Source: Chloroflexota bacterium | GTDB lineage: Bacteria > Chloroflexota > Limnocylindria > QHBO01 | Direction of reading: 5' to 3' | Assembly (NCBI GenBank): GCA_005879815.1 | Contig: VBKA01000020.1 | Span: forward strand, 223-64,222 | Length of the DNA: 64,000 nt | In this document: positions 18,938 through 28,543 of the stretch, in pieces | Position numbering within the stretch: the stretch's first letter is position 1 | Layout: each line of letters begins with the position of its first letter | Notes under the pieces: generated by a model | The model's input: only the letters and a program-made list of their open reading frames with translations | Databases searched by the model: none | Told to the model about the DNA's origin: nothing | Translations under genes and position numbers: made by a program

Positions 18938-20533
18938 ATGGTGCTTATGAGTCCCACGACGACCGGTCTCCTGCTGGAGGCCACGGGCGTCTCCAAGACC
19001 TACGGTGCGGTCGTCGCACTGAAGTCGGCCTCGCTGGCAGTCCAGCCTGGCGAGGTCCATGCGCTCATGGGCGCGAACGGCGCCGGCAAGAGCACCCTCG
19101 TGAAGATCCTGACCGGGGCAATCAGGCCGGAAAGTGGCAGGATCGCGGTCCACGGCAGGGAGCGAACCGTCCATTCACCGGCGGAGGCTCGCCGCAGCGG
19201 CCTCGTCTCGGTCTACCAGGAACCGTCAGTCATTCCCGACCTGGACATTCGGGCCAACCTTCGGTTGACCGAGACGCCACTGGAGCCGTTCCGGCAGTGG
19301 GTTCACGATCTGGGGCTCAAGAACCTCGATCTGTCGCGCCTGGCACGGCGCCTACCCCTCGCCTCGCTCCGAATCATCGACCTGGCCCGCGCCCTTGCGA
19401 TTGAGCCTGACGTGCTGATGCTCGACGAGATGACGGCCGCGCTGCCCGCAAACCTCACCGAGCGAGTGCTCGAGGTGATCGGCCTTCAGCGTGGCGGCGA
19501 ACGCTCGGTCGTCTTCATCTCGCATCGGATGATCGAGATCGCCGCCGTGTGCGACCGGGCGACGGTCCTGCGCGAGGGCGAAACGGTCGGCGTCGTCGAC
19601 GTCACGGCGGGCACCGAGGAACGCATCGTCGAGTTGATGCTTGGCTCCATCGTCGAAGGACTACCTGAACGCGCCGGTGAGACCTCGACCCCGGCGGCAG
19701 GAACGGCTGCGCCGCGACTCACAGTCCGCGGCATTGCTGTGGGCCAGAAGCTGCGGGACGCGTCCTTCGAGCTCCGGTCGGGCGAGGTCCTCGGCGTGGT
19801 CGCGCTCGAGGGCCAGGGGCAGGACGAACTGTTCGACGTGCTGTCCGGCTCGGAGCGGCCGAGCGGAGGCGAGCTGCTCGTCGACGGCAAGCCAGCCTCC
19901 TTCGGCCACCCCGCCGACGCGATCCGGGCAGGCGTCGTCTACGTCGCCTCCGACCGCGCCGAGGCGCTGCTCATGCAACGCTCGGTCCGGGAGAACATCG
20001 CGCTGCCATTCATTACGCGGATCAGACGATGGGGCCCGATCGACCTGCCCGCCGAGCGCCGCACCGTGGACGCTGCGGTCAAGCGGCTTCAGATCGATGT
20101 ACGCGCCGGAAACGAGGTCCGGCGCCTGTCGGGAGGCAATCAGCAGAAGGTGACGATCGCCCGGTGGGTCGCAGGCGGCGTGCACGTGCTGCTCTGTTTC
20201 GATCCGACCCGCGGCATCGATATCCTGACCAAGCAGCAGATCTACGTCTTGCTGCGCGACCTCGCCGAAGCCGGCGCCGGCGTTCTCCTGTACACATCTG
20301 AGCTGAAGGAGGTCCAGCTCGTCTGCGATCGCGCCGTCGTGATCTTCGGCGGCCGCATCGTGAAGGAACTCGTCGGCGCCGAGGCGGACGAGGCGCAGCT
20401 CCTGCGAGCTGCGTACCACCTGCGGTCGGGTGCTGTCATGCCGGAGGAAGCCGCTGGCGCCGCCGTCGAGTCGGCTACCGGCGACATCCGTGAGGCGGGC
20501 GCACCGAAGGACGAGGCCGAGATACAGGCATGA
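18938..20533 (+). CDS. Sugar ABC transporter ATP-binding protein with duplicated ATPase domains (RbsA/MglA-like)
   Basis: Two Walker A/signature/Walker B sets (GANGAGKST...LSGGNQQKV). Its stop overlaps the permease start. Confidence 0.8.
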   Translation: MVLMSPTTTGLLLEATGVSKTYGAVVALKSASLAVQPGEVHALMGANGAGKSTLVKILTGAIRPESGRIAVHGRERTVHSPAEARRSGLVSVYQEPSVIPDLDIRANLRLTETPLEPFRQWVHDLGLKNLDLSRLARRLPLASLRIIDLARALAIEPDVLMLDEMTAALPANLTERVLEVIGLQRGGERSVVFISHRMIEIAAVCDRATVLREGETVGVVDVTAGTEERIVELMLGSIVEGLPERAGETSTPAAGTAAPRLTVRGIAVGQKLRDASFELRSGEVLGVVALEGQGQDELFDVLSGSERPSGGELLVDGKPASFGHPADAIRAGVVYVASDRAEALLMQRSVRENIALPFITRIRRWGPIDLPAERRTVDAAVKRLQIDVRAGNEVRRLSGGNQQKVTIARWVAGGVHVLLCFDPTRGIDILTKQQIYVLLRDLAEAGAGVLLYTSELKEVQLVCDRAVVIFGGRIVKELVGAEADEAQLLRAAYHLRSGAVMPEEAAGAAVESATGDIREAGAPKDEAEIQA

Positions 20534-21525
20534 GCGCCGCGGCGGTCACGACGGAGCGGAGCCTTTCGGACGTTCTCGTCTCGCCGATTCGGCGAAACAC
20601 GTGGGTGCTCGCCCTCCTGGGTCTCCTCGCCGTCCTGCTCGTTTTCACGAAGCTCATCCAGCCGAGCTATGGCCTGGCGGGGGTGCAAGGACTCGGGATT
20701 TCGATCCTGCCCCTGGCGTTCGCTGCCGTTGCCCAGGCAGTCGTCGTCATTGCCGGCGGGGTCGACTTGTCGATCGGCTCCGTCATGGCGCTCACAAGCG
20801 TCATCGCCGCCAGCCTGATGGAGGGCCAGAGCGACGCGTTCGGCGTCGCTGTCGTCGTTGGCGTGTTGCTCCTCGGCGTCGTAATTGGCACCACAAACGG
20901 CGCCCTCGTCGTCATCACTCGCGTACCGGACATCGTCGTGACACTCGCGATGTCGTTCGTATGGGCGGGCTGCGCCCTACTCGTGCGGTCCGCGCCGGGC
21001 GGCGCCGCGTCGCCATGGCTCCTGAACCTCGTGATCGGACCCTTCGGGAACCCGTGGATCCCGAAGGCAGCAATCGTGCTCGTGGTGATCGTCGCGATCA
21101 TCTGGATCCCGGTGGCGAGGGGGCGCTTCGGGCTCTCGCTGTATGCCGTCGGCAGCAACCAGCTCGCGGCGTTCCGTAGCGGCGTCTCGATCGGCCGAAC
21201 CAAGGTCCTCGCCTACGCGCTCACAGGCCTCTTCGCGACGCTGGCCGGCTTGTCGCTCACGGCGAGCACGAGCATCGGCACGCCGGTTCCTGGGCCATAC
21301 ACGCTCGAAAGCGTGGCAGCCGTGGTCCTGGGCGGGGTGAGCCTGGCGGGCGGACGCGGCGGGGTCTTCGGGCCGATCGTCGCGGTGGTGGTGCTGCAGA
21401 TCATCCAGAACGACATGACGTTCCTCAACGTCGACCCGAATTACGCGCTCGTGGCCCAGGGCGTCATCCTGATCGGGGTGCTCGTATTCGGCAGCGTCAT
21501 CGAGATCCGGCGGGCCCGTAGATGA
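20530..21525 (+). CDS. Sugar ABC transporter permease (BPD_transp_2, RbsC-like)
   Basis: ~10 TM segments with the conserved permease loop. ATGA overlap with the neighbouring genes. Confidence 0.8.
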   Translation: MSAAAVTTERSLSDVLVSPIRRNTWVLALLGLLAVLLVFTKLIQPSYGLAGVQGLGISILPLAFAAVAQAVVVIAGGVDLSIGSVMALTSVIAASLMEGQSDAFGVAVVVGVLLLGVVIGTTNGALVVITRVPDIVVTLAMSFVWAGCALLVRSAPGGAASPWLLNLVIGPFGNPWIPKAAIVLVVIVAIIWIPVARGRFGLSLYAVGSNQLAAFRSGVSIGRTKVLAYALTGLFATLAGLSLTASTSIGTPVPGPYTLESVAAVVLGGVSLAGGRGGVFGPIVAVVVLQIIQNDMTFLNVDPNYALVAQGVILIGVLVFGSVIEIRRARR

Positions 21526-22511
21526 GCGCCTCCGTTCGCACGAACCAGTGGCTGAGCGTCGTCGGCTGGCGCGGTCTCTTTCGCGATAGGCCCATCATTC
21601 CCCTGATCGGGCTCCTTGGGGTCCTGATCGTGGCGATCGAGCTCGCGGATCCAGGCATCGTCGGGCCAGAGTGGGCCGGTGTGATCGTGCGAGCCTCCGT
21701 GCCACTTGCGATCCTCGGCGGCTGCCAGACCCTGGCGATGCTGACGGGCGGAATCGACCTTTCGGTAGCCGCCGTGGCGTCGATGTCCGGCTTTGTGACC
21801 GCGACGTTGCTCCACAGCCCCGGCGGCGTCGCTCAGGGGATCATCGTCGTGCTCGTGGTTGCCGCTGTGGCGGGACTCCTCAACGGCATCGGCATTGGGG
21901 TGTTCCGCGTCCACCCGTTGATCATGACCCTCGGCATGAGCTTCGTGGTGCTGGGCCTTGCAAACGTATGGCAGCTTCAAAATGTGCAGACGGGCGCGGG
22001 CGTCCCGGATTCACTGCGATGGATCGGCAGCACGACGTTCGCCGACGTCGTGCCATACAACCTTCTTGTCTTCATCCCGTTGACGGCGCTGATCCTGGTC
22101 GGTCTACGCCGCACCGGGTATGGCCGATTGCTCTACGCCATCGGTGACAACCCGGTCGCCGCGCGGCTGTCGGGCACGCGGGCGTGGCAGGTGCTGATCG
22201 TGCTGTACGTGATCTCCGCCGTCATGGCCGCAATCGCCGGCCTCCTGATCTCGGGCCTCACCAACACGGCCAGCGTCTCCCTGGTCGACGCCTCACTCCT
22301 GCCGTCGGTCGCCGCGGCAGTGATCGGCGGGACCTCAATCCTCGGCGGCCGAGGCGGGTTCGGCGGCACGATCGTGGGTGCCCTCATCCTCACGGTGCTG
22401 ACGGCGCTGCTCACGGTGCTCGGCCTTCCGGAGCCGAGCCGCCAGGTCCTCTTCGGCGCGATCATCGTGGTGGTTGCGGCCGCCTACACACGCGTGACCG
22501 CAGAGACCTGA
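21522..22511 (+). CDS. Sugar ABC transporter permease (second BPD_transp_2 subunit)
   Basis: Paralog of the preceding permease. Confidence 0.8.
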   Translation: MSASVRTNQWLSVVGWRGLFRDRPIIPLIGLLGVLIVAIELADPGIVGPEWAGVIVRASVPLAILGGCQTLAMLTGGIDLSVAAVASMSGFVTATLLHSPGGVAQGIIVVLVVAAVAGLLNGIGIGVFRVHPLIMTLGMSFVVLGLANVWQLQNVQTGAGVPDSLRWIGSTTFADVVPYNLLVFIPLTALILVGLRRTGYGRLLYAIGDNPVAARLSGTRAWQVLIVLYVISAVMAAIAGLLISGLTNTASVSLVDASLLPSVAAAVIGGTSILGGRGGFGGTIVGALILTVLTALLTVLGLPEPSRQVLFGAIIVVVAAAYTRVTAET

Positions 22512-22525
22512 CCGATGGCGGCGGC

Positions 22526-23314
22526 TCAGCGGGCAGGCATCGCGGCAAAGGTGCGCTCGATATCCTCGAGCAGGCGTGTCGTCGCGCGGGCGACAACGTC
22601 GAGGTAGCGCTCGCCGAACTCGGCCGATGCCTCACGCGCATCACCCCACGTGCCGGAATGCGTCGCCCGATAGACGGAGCCCGGCGACGAAAAGAAGAAC
22701 GCGGTGTGCACAGCGGCCGGGTTTGACACGTCGGGGAAGGGCGGCATCTCGGCGTTCGCGCGGTCCATGTCGACCAGCGCAGGGTTGATGGCGAGGACGG
22801 CCGAGGTTTCGCCTCGGTTGGCGTGGAGCCCGGTCGATGGACCGAAGAACTCGGCCGCCTCATCTGGCGAAAGCCCATCCCAGTAATTGACGGGGAATGC
22901 GCGCACGCCCGCGGGCAACCGCTCTGCCGCGTTCGCACAGGCATATGCGATCGCGTACGTGTTGTCGTAGTGGCCGTTGAGGAACACGATTCGTTTGAAC
23001 CCAACCGTGGCGAGCGAGACGCAGACGTCCTCGATCAGCGCCTGGAAGGTGGGAATGCGCAGACGAACGACCCCGGTGAACCCGTCGTGCGGGTACGAGA
23101 GGCCGTAGTTGATCGACGGCGCCACTGCCGCTCCGACAACTGGCGCGATGCGACGCGCCACCTCGGTGGGCACGAGGACGTCGGTGAGCAACGGACCGTG
23201 CGGACCATGCTGTTCGGTCGATCCCGTCGGCACGATCACGGTGTCGTGCTCGCGCAGGAAGGCCTCGACCTCGAGGTTCGTCATCTCACCCAGGAAGACT
23301 GTGGTCGGCTTCAT
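22526..23314 (-). CDS. Creatininase (creatinine amidohydrolase) family protein
   Basis: VIVPTGSTEQHGPHGPLLTD is the creatininase signature. Confidence 0.75.
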   Translation of the reverse strand: MKPTTVFLGEMTNLEVEAFLREHDTVIVPTGSTEQHGPHGPLLTDVLVPTEVARRIAPVVGAAVAPSINYGLSYPHDGFTGVVRLRIPTFQALIEDVCVSLATVGFKRIVFLNGHYDNTYAIAYACANAAERLPAGVRAFPVNYWDGLSPDEAAEFFGPSTGLHANRGETSAVLAINPALVDMDRANAEMPPFPDVSNPAAVHTAFFFSSPGSVYRATHSGTWGDAREASAEFGERYLDVVARATTRLLEDIERTFAAMPAR

Positions 23315-23335
23315 TGGCTGATCCTCCGCATCGCG

Positions 23336-24181
23336 TCATGCGATCGTGTTGGTAAGTTCCCCAATGCCCTCGATCCACACTGTCACGACGTCACCGGGCC
23401 GCAGCCGCCGCTCGGGACCCGGCGGGTCCATCAGCCGGGCCGGCGTCCCGGTTGCGATGAGATCGCCGGGAACGAGTGTCACGTGACGGCTGAGGAACGC
23501 AATTATCTCGGCGACTCCGAAGCGCATGTCGGCCGTGGTGCCGTCCTGGATCGGGGCGCCGTTGATCGTGCAGCCGAGTCGCAGGTTGGTGGGATCGAGG
23601 TCATCGCGGGTGACGATCCACGGTCCGACGGGACAGAAGCCCGGCATCGATTTGCCGAGCAGCCACTGATCGCCGTCGAGCCATGGGTCGCGCGACGAAA
23701 TGTCGTTGATGCAGGTGTAGCCGAACACGCGCGAGAGGGCGTCCTCGGGCGCAACGGCCGTCGCGATCGCCCCAATCACGACTCCCAGCTCGGATTCGGC
23801 GTCTACGTTATCCGTCAGCGATCGGTCCCAGCTGAGCTCGGCGCCGTGTGCCGCAACCGCGCTCGCAGCCTTGCCGTAGATCAGTGGCCGATGCGGGCCG
23901 GATCCTGCATCCTCTCCTGGCTTGCGGTAGTTCAGACCGACCGTGTAGATCGCCCCGGGATGTGGGACGGCGGGCAGGTAGATGAGCGAGTCGAGGGGAA
24001 GAGGCGCGCGATCACCGTGCGCCGTCGCCCATTCGCGGGCCCGCCCGAGTGCCGCCTCGCCGCTCGCCGGCATGCCCAGCACCGGATCCAGCCCGGCGAT
24101 CGGCTCGAGCGGCAGGACGCCGTCACCGAGCACGATAGCCTCGGTCGCCCGATCCTCAAGCATGATCGTCGCCAGGCGCAT
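23336..24181 (-). CDS. Fumarylacetoacetate hydrolase (FAH) family protein
   Basis: GLNYRKPGEDAG...ESELGVVIG...DISSRDPW FAH-fold motifs. Confidence 0.75.
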   Translation of the reverse strand: MRLATIMLEDRATEAIVLGDGVLPLEPIAGLDPVLGMPASGEAALGRAREWATAHGDRAPLPLDSLIYLPAVPHPGAIYTVGLNYRKPGEDAGSGPHRPLIYGKAASAVAAHGAELSWDRSLTDNVDAESELGVVIGAIATAVAPEDALSRVFGYTCINDISSRDPWLDGDQWLLGKSMPGFCPVGPWIVTRDDLDPTNLRLGCTINGAPIQDGTTADMRFGVAEIIAFLSRHVTLVPGDLIATGTPARLMDPPGPERRLRPGDVVTVWIEGIGELTNTIA

Positions 24182-24184
24182 CGT

Positions 24185-25042
24185 TCAGGCCGGAGCGGCC
24201 GCGTCGGCGAGGAGGGCGGCAACGGCCGAACGCATGACCTCTGCCATCCCACCTACGCCGGTCCACCGCTCGAATGCGATCGCGGCCTGATGGATGAGCA
24301 TCTCCGATCCGTTTGCCGCCCGAAGCCCGCGCGCGCGGGCCGTGCGAAGGAGCGGCGTCTCAGGCGGTACGTAGACCAGGTCGAACACGGTCGCGTTCGA
24401 CGGTAGTGCCTGGACGTCCATCGTGACTCCCGGGTCGACCATGCCGACGGTCGTGGCATTGACGGCCAGGCGCGCGGAGCCCAGCGCGGAGACAAACGAC
24501 GCGTCATCCAGGCCGACGCCGACGACCGACCCGGCGTGAAGGCCTTCGAAGCGAGCGGCGAGGCTCATCGCCGACGACGCGGTCCGGTTGCCGATCGTCA
24601 CCCGCAGGGCACCCGCAGCGAGGCAGGCGTAGACGACGGCGTGTGCAGCGCCACCCGCGCCGGCGACCACGATTTCGAGCCCTTCAAGGGGGGCGTCCAT
24701 GGCGAGTTCGACACCGGCGCGGAAGCCCGGCGCATCCGAGTTGAATCCGATGAGCCGCCCGTCTGTCGTCCTCACGACGTTGTTCACCGCTCCGATCGCC
24801 GTTGCCGCCGGCTCGACTTCGTCGCACATCTCGGCAACGATCCGTTTGTACGGCGCCGTCACTCCGAGCCCGAGCCAGTCCGGACCGTGCGCCTCGGCGA
24901 TGATGCGCTCGACCGCGTTGGGCTCGATCTCCATCAGCTCGTAGCGGGCATCGATTCCGGCGGCCGCGAAGGCGGCATCGTGCATGACCTGCGAGTGGCG
25001 TCGCCGGAGCGGTTTGCCGATCAGGGCGACACGACGGGTCAC
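24185..25042 (-). CDS. Shikimate/quinate 5-dehydrogenase family protein (AroE-like)
   Basis: N-terminal SQVMHDAAF substrate-binding motif and GAGGAAHAV Rossmann motif. Confidence 0.7.
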   Translation of the reverse strand: MTRRVALIGKPLRRRHSQVMHDAAFAAAGIDARYELMEIEPNAVERIIAEAHGPDWLGLGVTAPYKRIVAEMCDEVEPAATAIGAVNNVVRTTDGRLIGFNSDAPGFRAGVELAMDAPLEGLEIVVAGAGGAAHAVVYACLAAGALRVTIGNRTASSAMSLAARFEGLHAGSVVGVGLDDASFVSALGSARLAVNATTVGMVDPGVTMDVQALPSNATVFDLVYVPPETPLLRTARARGLRAANGSEMLIHQAAIAFERWTGVGGMAEVMRSAVAALLADAAAPA

Positions 25043-26082
25043 GGCAGCGCGGGTGCCAGACGACGGACCGGTCCGGCCGTTGCCGGGAACGTGACGTTCG
25101 GGATGATCTCGTCGACCCAGCTCCGCAACTGCCCGGGGTCGGGCGTCAGCGTGTGCAGCATGAAGTAACCGACTCCCGCATCAACTCGGCGCTGGAGCGA
25201 CTCGACGATCTCGTTTGGCGTGCCAAAGAGGTAGACCGACTCGAGGTATTGCGCGCCCCGCTCGGGGCTCATGACCCGCAGGAACGCCTGGTGCTGCTCG
25301 TCCCGCGCCCGAGCTGGGTCATCCGTCAAGACGAGGTGCATGAAGTTCTCGTGGGCCACGACGCAGTCGCCTGGATCGCGGCCGTGGTCTCGGAAATAGG
25401 TCTGCAGCTCTGCCCAGTCCCGGGCGATGTCCTCGGGCGGGCACGTCGGTCGCGGGATCCAGCCGTCCGAGCGCAGGGTCCGTGCCTTCACGGCCTCCAC
25501 GAACCGCGGCAGATCTGGAGACTTGGGATCCGCGAGCTGTGACCCACCGCCGATCCAGATCTCAGGCCGCTCCGCCGCCTTCGGCTCGATGAACAGGTTG
25601 TCGACCGAGTAGTACCGGCCGTGATACGTGACGGTCTCGCCTTCCAGCAGCGGCACCAGGATGTCGAGCATCTCGTCGGTACGCCGGCCGCGCTCCGACT
25701 TGTGAACCCCGACAGCCTCGTATTCGGCATCGTTCCAGCCGACACCGGCACCGAGGATCAGTCGGTTGCCCGAAAGGAATTGCAGCGTAGCGAGCTCCTT
25801 GGCGAGGAGCACCGGATTCCGCAGCGGCATGATCAGGATCGACGTACCCAGCCGCACTCGCTCGGTCACCCCAGCCGCAACCGCGAGGGCAGACAGCGGC
25901 TCGAGGAACGACACCGCATAGAAGCGTTTCGCGGCGAGTAGATGGTCGGTGATGAACAGGGAGTCGAAGCCGAGATCCTCAACAGTTCGGGCGAACTCCT
26001 TGATGCCCCGCGCGCGTTGCAGGCCGTCTCCCTCCCAGATGTACGAGGGCAGGAAGACGCCGAAGCGTCCGATATCACTCAC
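25039..26082 (-). CDS. LLM-class flavin/F420-dependent oxidoreductase (luciferase-like monooxygenase)
   Basis: FDSLFITDHL...LGAGVGWNDAEYEA luciferase-like TIM barrel. Confidence 0.7.
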   Translation of the reverse strand: MSDIGRFGVFLPSYIWEGDGLQRARGIKEFARTVEDLGFDSLFITDHLLAAKRFYAVSFLEPLSALAVAAGVTERVRLGTSILIMPLRNPVLLAKELATLQFLSGNRLILGAGVGWNDAEYEAVGVHKSERGRRTDEMLDILVPLLEGETVTYHGRYYSVDNLFIEPKAAERPEIWIGGGSQLADPKSPDLPRFVEAVKARTLRSDGWIPRPTCPPEDIARDWAELQTYFRDHGRDPGDCVVAHENFMHLVLTDDPARARDEQHQAFLRVMSPERGAQYLESVYLFGTPNEIVESLQRRVDAGVGYFMLHTLTPDPGQLRSWVDEIIPNVTFPATAGPVRRLAPALP

Positions 26083-26128
26083 GCTGCCTTTTCCTCGCTA
26101 CTTCCCGAACGACCGATTGTTGACGGGC

Positions 26129-26908
26129 TCACCGCCCGCGGTAGTCCGGCTCGCGCTTGGCAAAGAATGCCGTGGCGCCCTCGACCATGTCCTCCGTGGC
26201 GAAGATACGTTCGGAGGCATCCAGCTCGGCCGCCAACCCAGCTTCGAGGTCCAGGTCGATGGCCGCGTCGACGAGCCGCTTCGCCTCGCGAACTGCGAGT
26301 GGTCCGCGGCTGGCAATCTCTTCGGCGATCTCATTGGCCACTCGGCGTGCCTGACCGTCGGCTACGACCCTGCTGACGAGACCGATCCGCTCCGCCTCGT
26401 CGCCGTCGATGATCCTTCCGGTCAGGATGAGATCCTTCGCCCGGGCGGGACCGATGGCGCGCGGAAGGCGTTGCGTGCCGCCTGCACCCGGGGTCACGGC
26501 GAGGCGCACCTCCGGCAGGCCGAGCCTGGCATGTTTGGACGCGACCCGCAGATCGCATGCGAGCGCAAGCTCCAGCCCACCGCCGAGCGCATTCCCCTCG
26601 ATGGCGGCGATGGTCGGCATCGGCAGGCAGGCGAGGCGAGTTGATACCCGTTCTTCGAAGATGTGGCGATCCCGGCCCGCATCTCCACGCTGGGCCTCGA
26701 ACTCACCGACGTGTGATCCGGCCGAGAACGCTCGCTCACCCCGGCCGCTCACCACAACGGCGCGAACGTCGCCGGGCGCCGCTCGCTCCAGCGAGGCCAG
26801 GGCTTCGTCCAGCTCCTCGAGGAGCTCCTGGGTCACGAGGTTGAGCGGCGGGTTCACGAGCTCCAGGTGCGCGACCCGGCCGAGCTCGAGAGCGATCAGT
26901 CCGCTCAT
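26129..26908 (-). CDS. Enoyl-CoA hydratase/isomerase (crotonase) family protein
   Basis: AIEGNALGGGLELALACDLRVA oxyanion-hole motifs. Confidence 0.8.
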   Translation of the reverse strand: MSGLIALELGRVAHLELVNPPLNLVTQELLEELDEALASLERAAPGDVRAVVVSGRGERAFSAGSHVGEFEAQRGDAGRDRHIFEERVSTRLACLPMPTIAAIEGNALGGGLELALACDLRVASKHARLGLPEVRLAVTPGAGGTQRLPRAIGPARAKDLILTGRIIDGDEAERIGLVSRVVADGQARRVANEIAEEIASRGPLAVREAKRLVDAAIDLDLEAGLAAELDASERIFATEDMVEGATAFFAKREPDYRGR

Positions 26909-28527
26909 CGCGCGACCTCTGTCTTCACCGGGGGCGCAGCCGTAGCGGATGCGGCCGCCTCATTGCCGGAGAGGCCAGCAGCGAAGTCGGCCGCAAGGCC
27001 CATCGGCTCATGGTTGTACAGGCGCCGGTCCATCGTCCTGAGATCGTCCGCCACTCGTGGGCGAAAGCCCATGCGGGCAAGGATGTCGCGCTCGACGTCG
27101 ACGCCGGGCGCGACCTCGATCAGCACAAGCCCATCGCCGGCCAGCGCGAAGACAGCGCGCTCGGTGATGTAGCGCACCTCCTGGCCACGCTCGCGCGCGA
27201 GTCGCCCATTGAACGAAACTTCCCGAACACGAGGCACGAATTTGCCCAGGCTGCCCTCCTGGGCGATCCGGATGCCGTCCTCGATCTCGATCTTGAGGCC
27301 GTGCGCGGTCAGCGTCCCAACGAAGTTGACCTTTCGCGTCCGAGCGCTGATGTTGGGGAACCCACCAGGCCCCCGGACGCGGCCCTCGAACGCATGGACG
27401 TTGACGTTGCCGTCAGCGTCCACCTCGGCGAACGACAGGCTCGCGATGTCGAGCCCCCCGCCGTCGTAGAAGTCGAACATGTACGGCTGGTCGATCATGG
27501 CCTGGTAGTTGAAGCCGGCGCCACCCTCGTTGCCGGCGACGGGGACGCCGCCGAATATGCCCTGCTCGACGGTCAGCACGATCTGGTCGGTGATGCCCTC
27601 CTCCCACGCGATCCGCCCGATGAGCTGACTGATCCCAAACCCGAGGTTACAGATAGCGCCGCGCGGGAACTCGAGCAGCGAGCGGCGGGCGATGACCTTG
27701 CGGACGTCCAGCGGCAGCGGCGGCTCCTGTCGAACCGGTCGCCGGAGTGCGCCGGCGTAGTACGGCGAGTCGCGCGTGATGTACGTCTGCCACTGGTCGG
27801 GGTCGACATACACGTAGTCAATCAGCGCGGCCGGGATCTTCACGTCGCGCGTCGGAAGGCTGCCGCGGTTGGCGAGTTGGCGCACCTGGGCGATGACGAT
27901 CCCATCGCTATTCCTGGCGGCCATCGCCATCGACAGCATCTCGCCCTGGACGGCCTCGCCCTCCATCGAGAGATTGCCGTCCTCGTCAGCGGTCGTGCCC
28001 CGGATGACGGCGACGTCGATCGGGAATGCGTGAAAGAGCAGCCACTCGCGGCCACGGAGCGTGACGACTTCGACGAGGTCATCGGTCGTGCACGGGTTCT
28101 GCTTGCCGCCCGTTTGGCGCGGATCGACATACGTGCCGAGGCCGACGTGCGTGACCAACCCGGGCCGTCCCGCGGCTATGTCGCGCATCAACTGTGAGAG
28201 CACGCCCTGGGGGAACGAATAGGCCTCGATCTCGTTTGCCTCGACGAGCGCGCCCAGCCGCGGCTCGTTGCCGATGTTGCTGCCGATCGTCCGCCGCATG
28301 AGACCCGGCAGGCCGAGCTGCGAGAAGCCGCGCTCGGCAAAGTCGCCGATGCCGACGACACGCACGGTGGTCAGATCACGCGGTCGACCTTCCTTCGCAT
28401 ACACGCTGGCCAGTTCGTCGATGAAACGCTGGGGCAGGGCATGGCCCGCGCCCGATCCGCCGATGACCACCGTGCTGCCGTCGCGTACCAGGCCGACCGC
28501 GTCGCGGACGTCGATGACCCTGGTCAC
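26905..28527 (-). CDS. Family I CoA-transferase with fused alpha/beta subunits (acyl-CoA:acetate/3-ketoacid CoA-transferase-like)
   Basis: ~540 aa with both halves of the AtoD/AtoA-type CoA-transferase fold, including the Glu-containing EGGAGFNYQ-type region. Confidence 0.65.
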   Translation of the reverse strand: MTRVIDVRDAVGLVRDGSTVVIGGSGAGHALPQRFIDELASVYAKEGRPRDLTTVRVVGIGDFAERGFSQLGLPGLMRRTIGSNIGNEPRLGALVEANEIEAYSFPQGVLSQLMRDIAAGRPGLVTHVGLGTYVDPRQTGGKQNPCTTDDLVEVVTLRGREWLLFHAFPIDVAVIRGTTADEDGNLSMEGEAVQGEMLSMAMAARNSDGIVIAQVRQLANRGSLPTRDVKIPAALIDYVYVDPDQWQTYITRDSPYYAGALRRPVRQEPPLPLDVRKVIARRSLLEFPRGAICNLGFGISQLIGRIAWEEGITDQIVLTVEQGIFGGVPVAGNEGGAGFNYQAMIDQPYMFDFYDGGGLDIASLSFAEVDADGNVNVHAFEGRVRGPGGFPNISARTRKVNFVGTLTAHGLKIEIEDGIRIAQEGSLGKFVPRVREVSFNGRLARERGQEVRYITERAVFALAGDGLVLIEVAPGVDVERDILARMGFRPRVADDLRTMDRRLYNHEPMGLAADFAAGLSGNEAAASATAAPPVKTEVAR

Positions 28528-28543
28528 GGCGCCAATCTTGCCG

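Noticed and set aside
22823-24406. 527-aa plus-strand ORF spanning the creatininase, FAH and shikimate-DH genes
   Set aside because: Antisense to three consecutive genes with clear family motifs; Arg-rich translation with no domain signal. A shadow ORF.
27010-28197. 395-aa plus-strand ORF opposite the CoA-transferase gene
   Set aside because: Antisense shadow with no motifs. The sense-strand gene has an unmistakable CoA-transferase fold.
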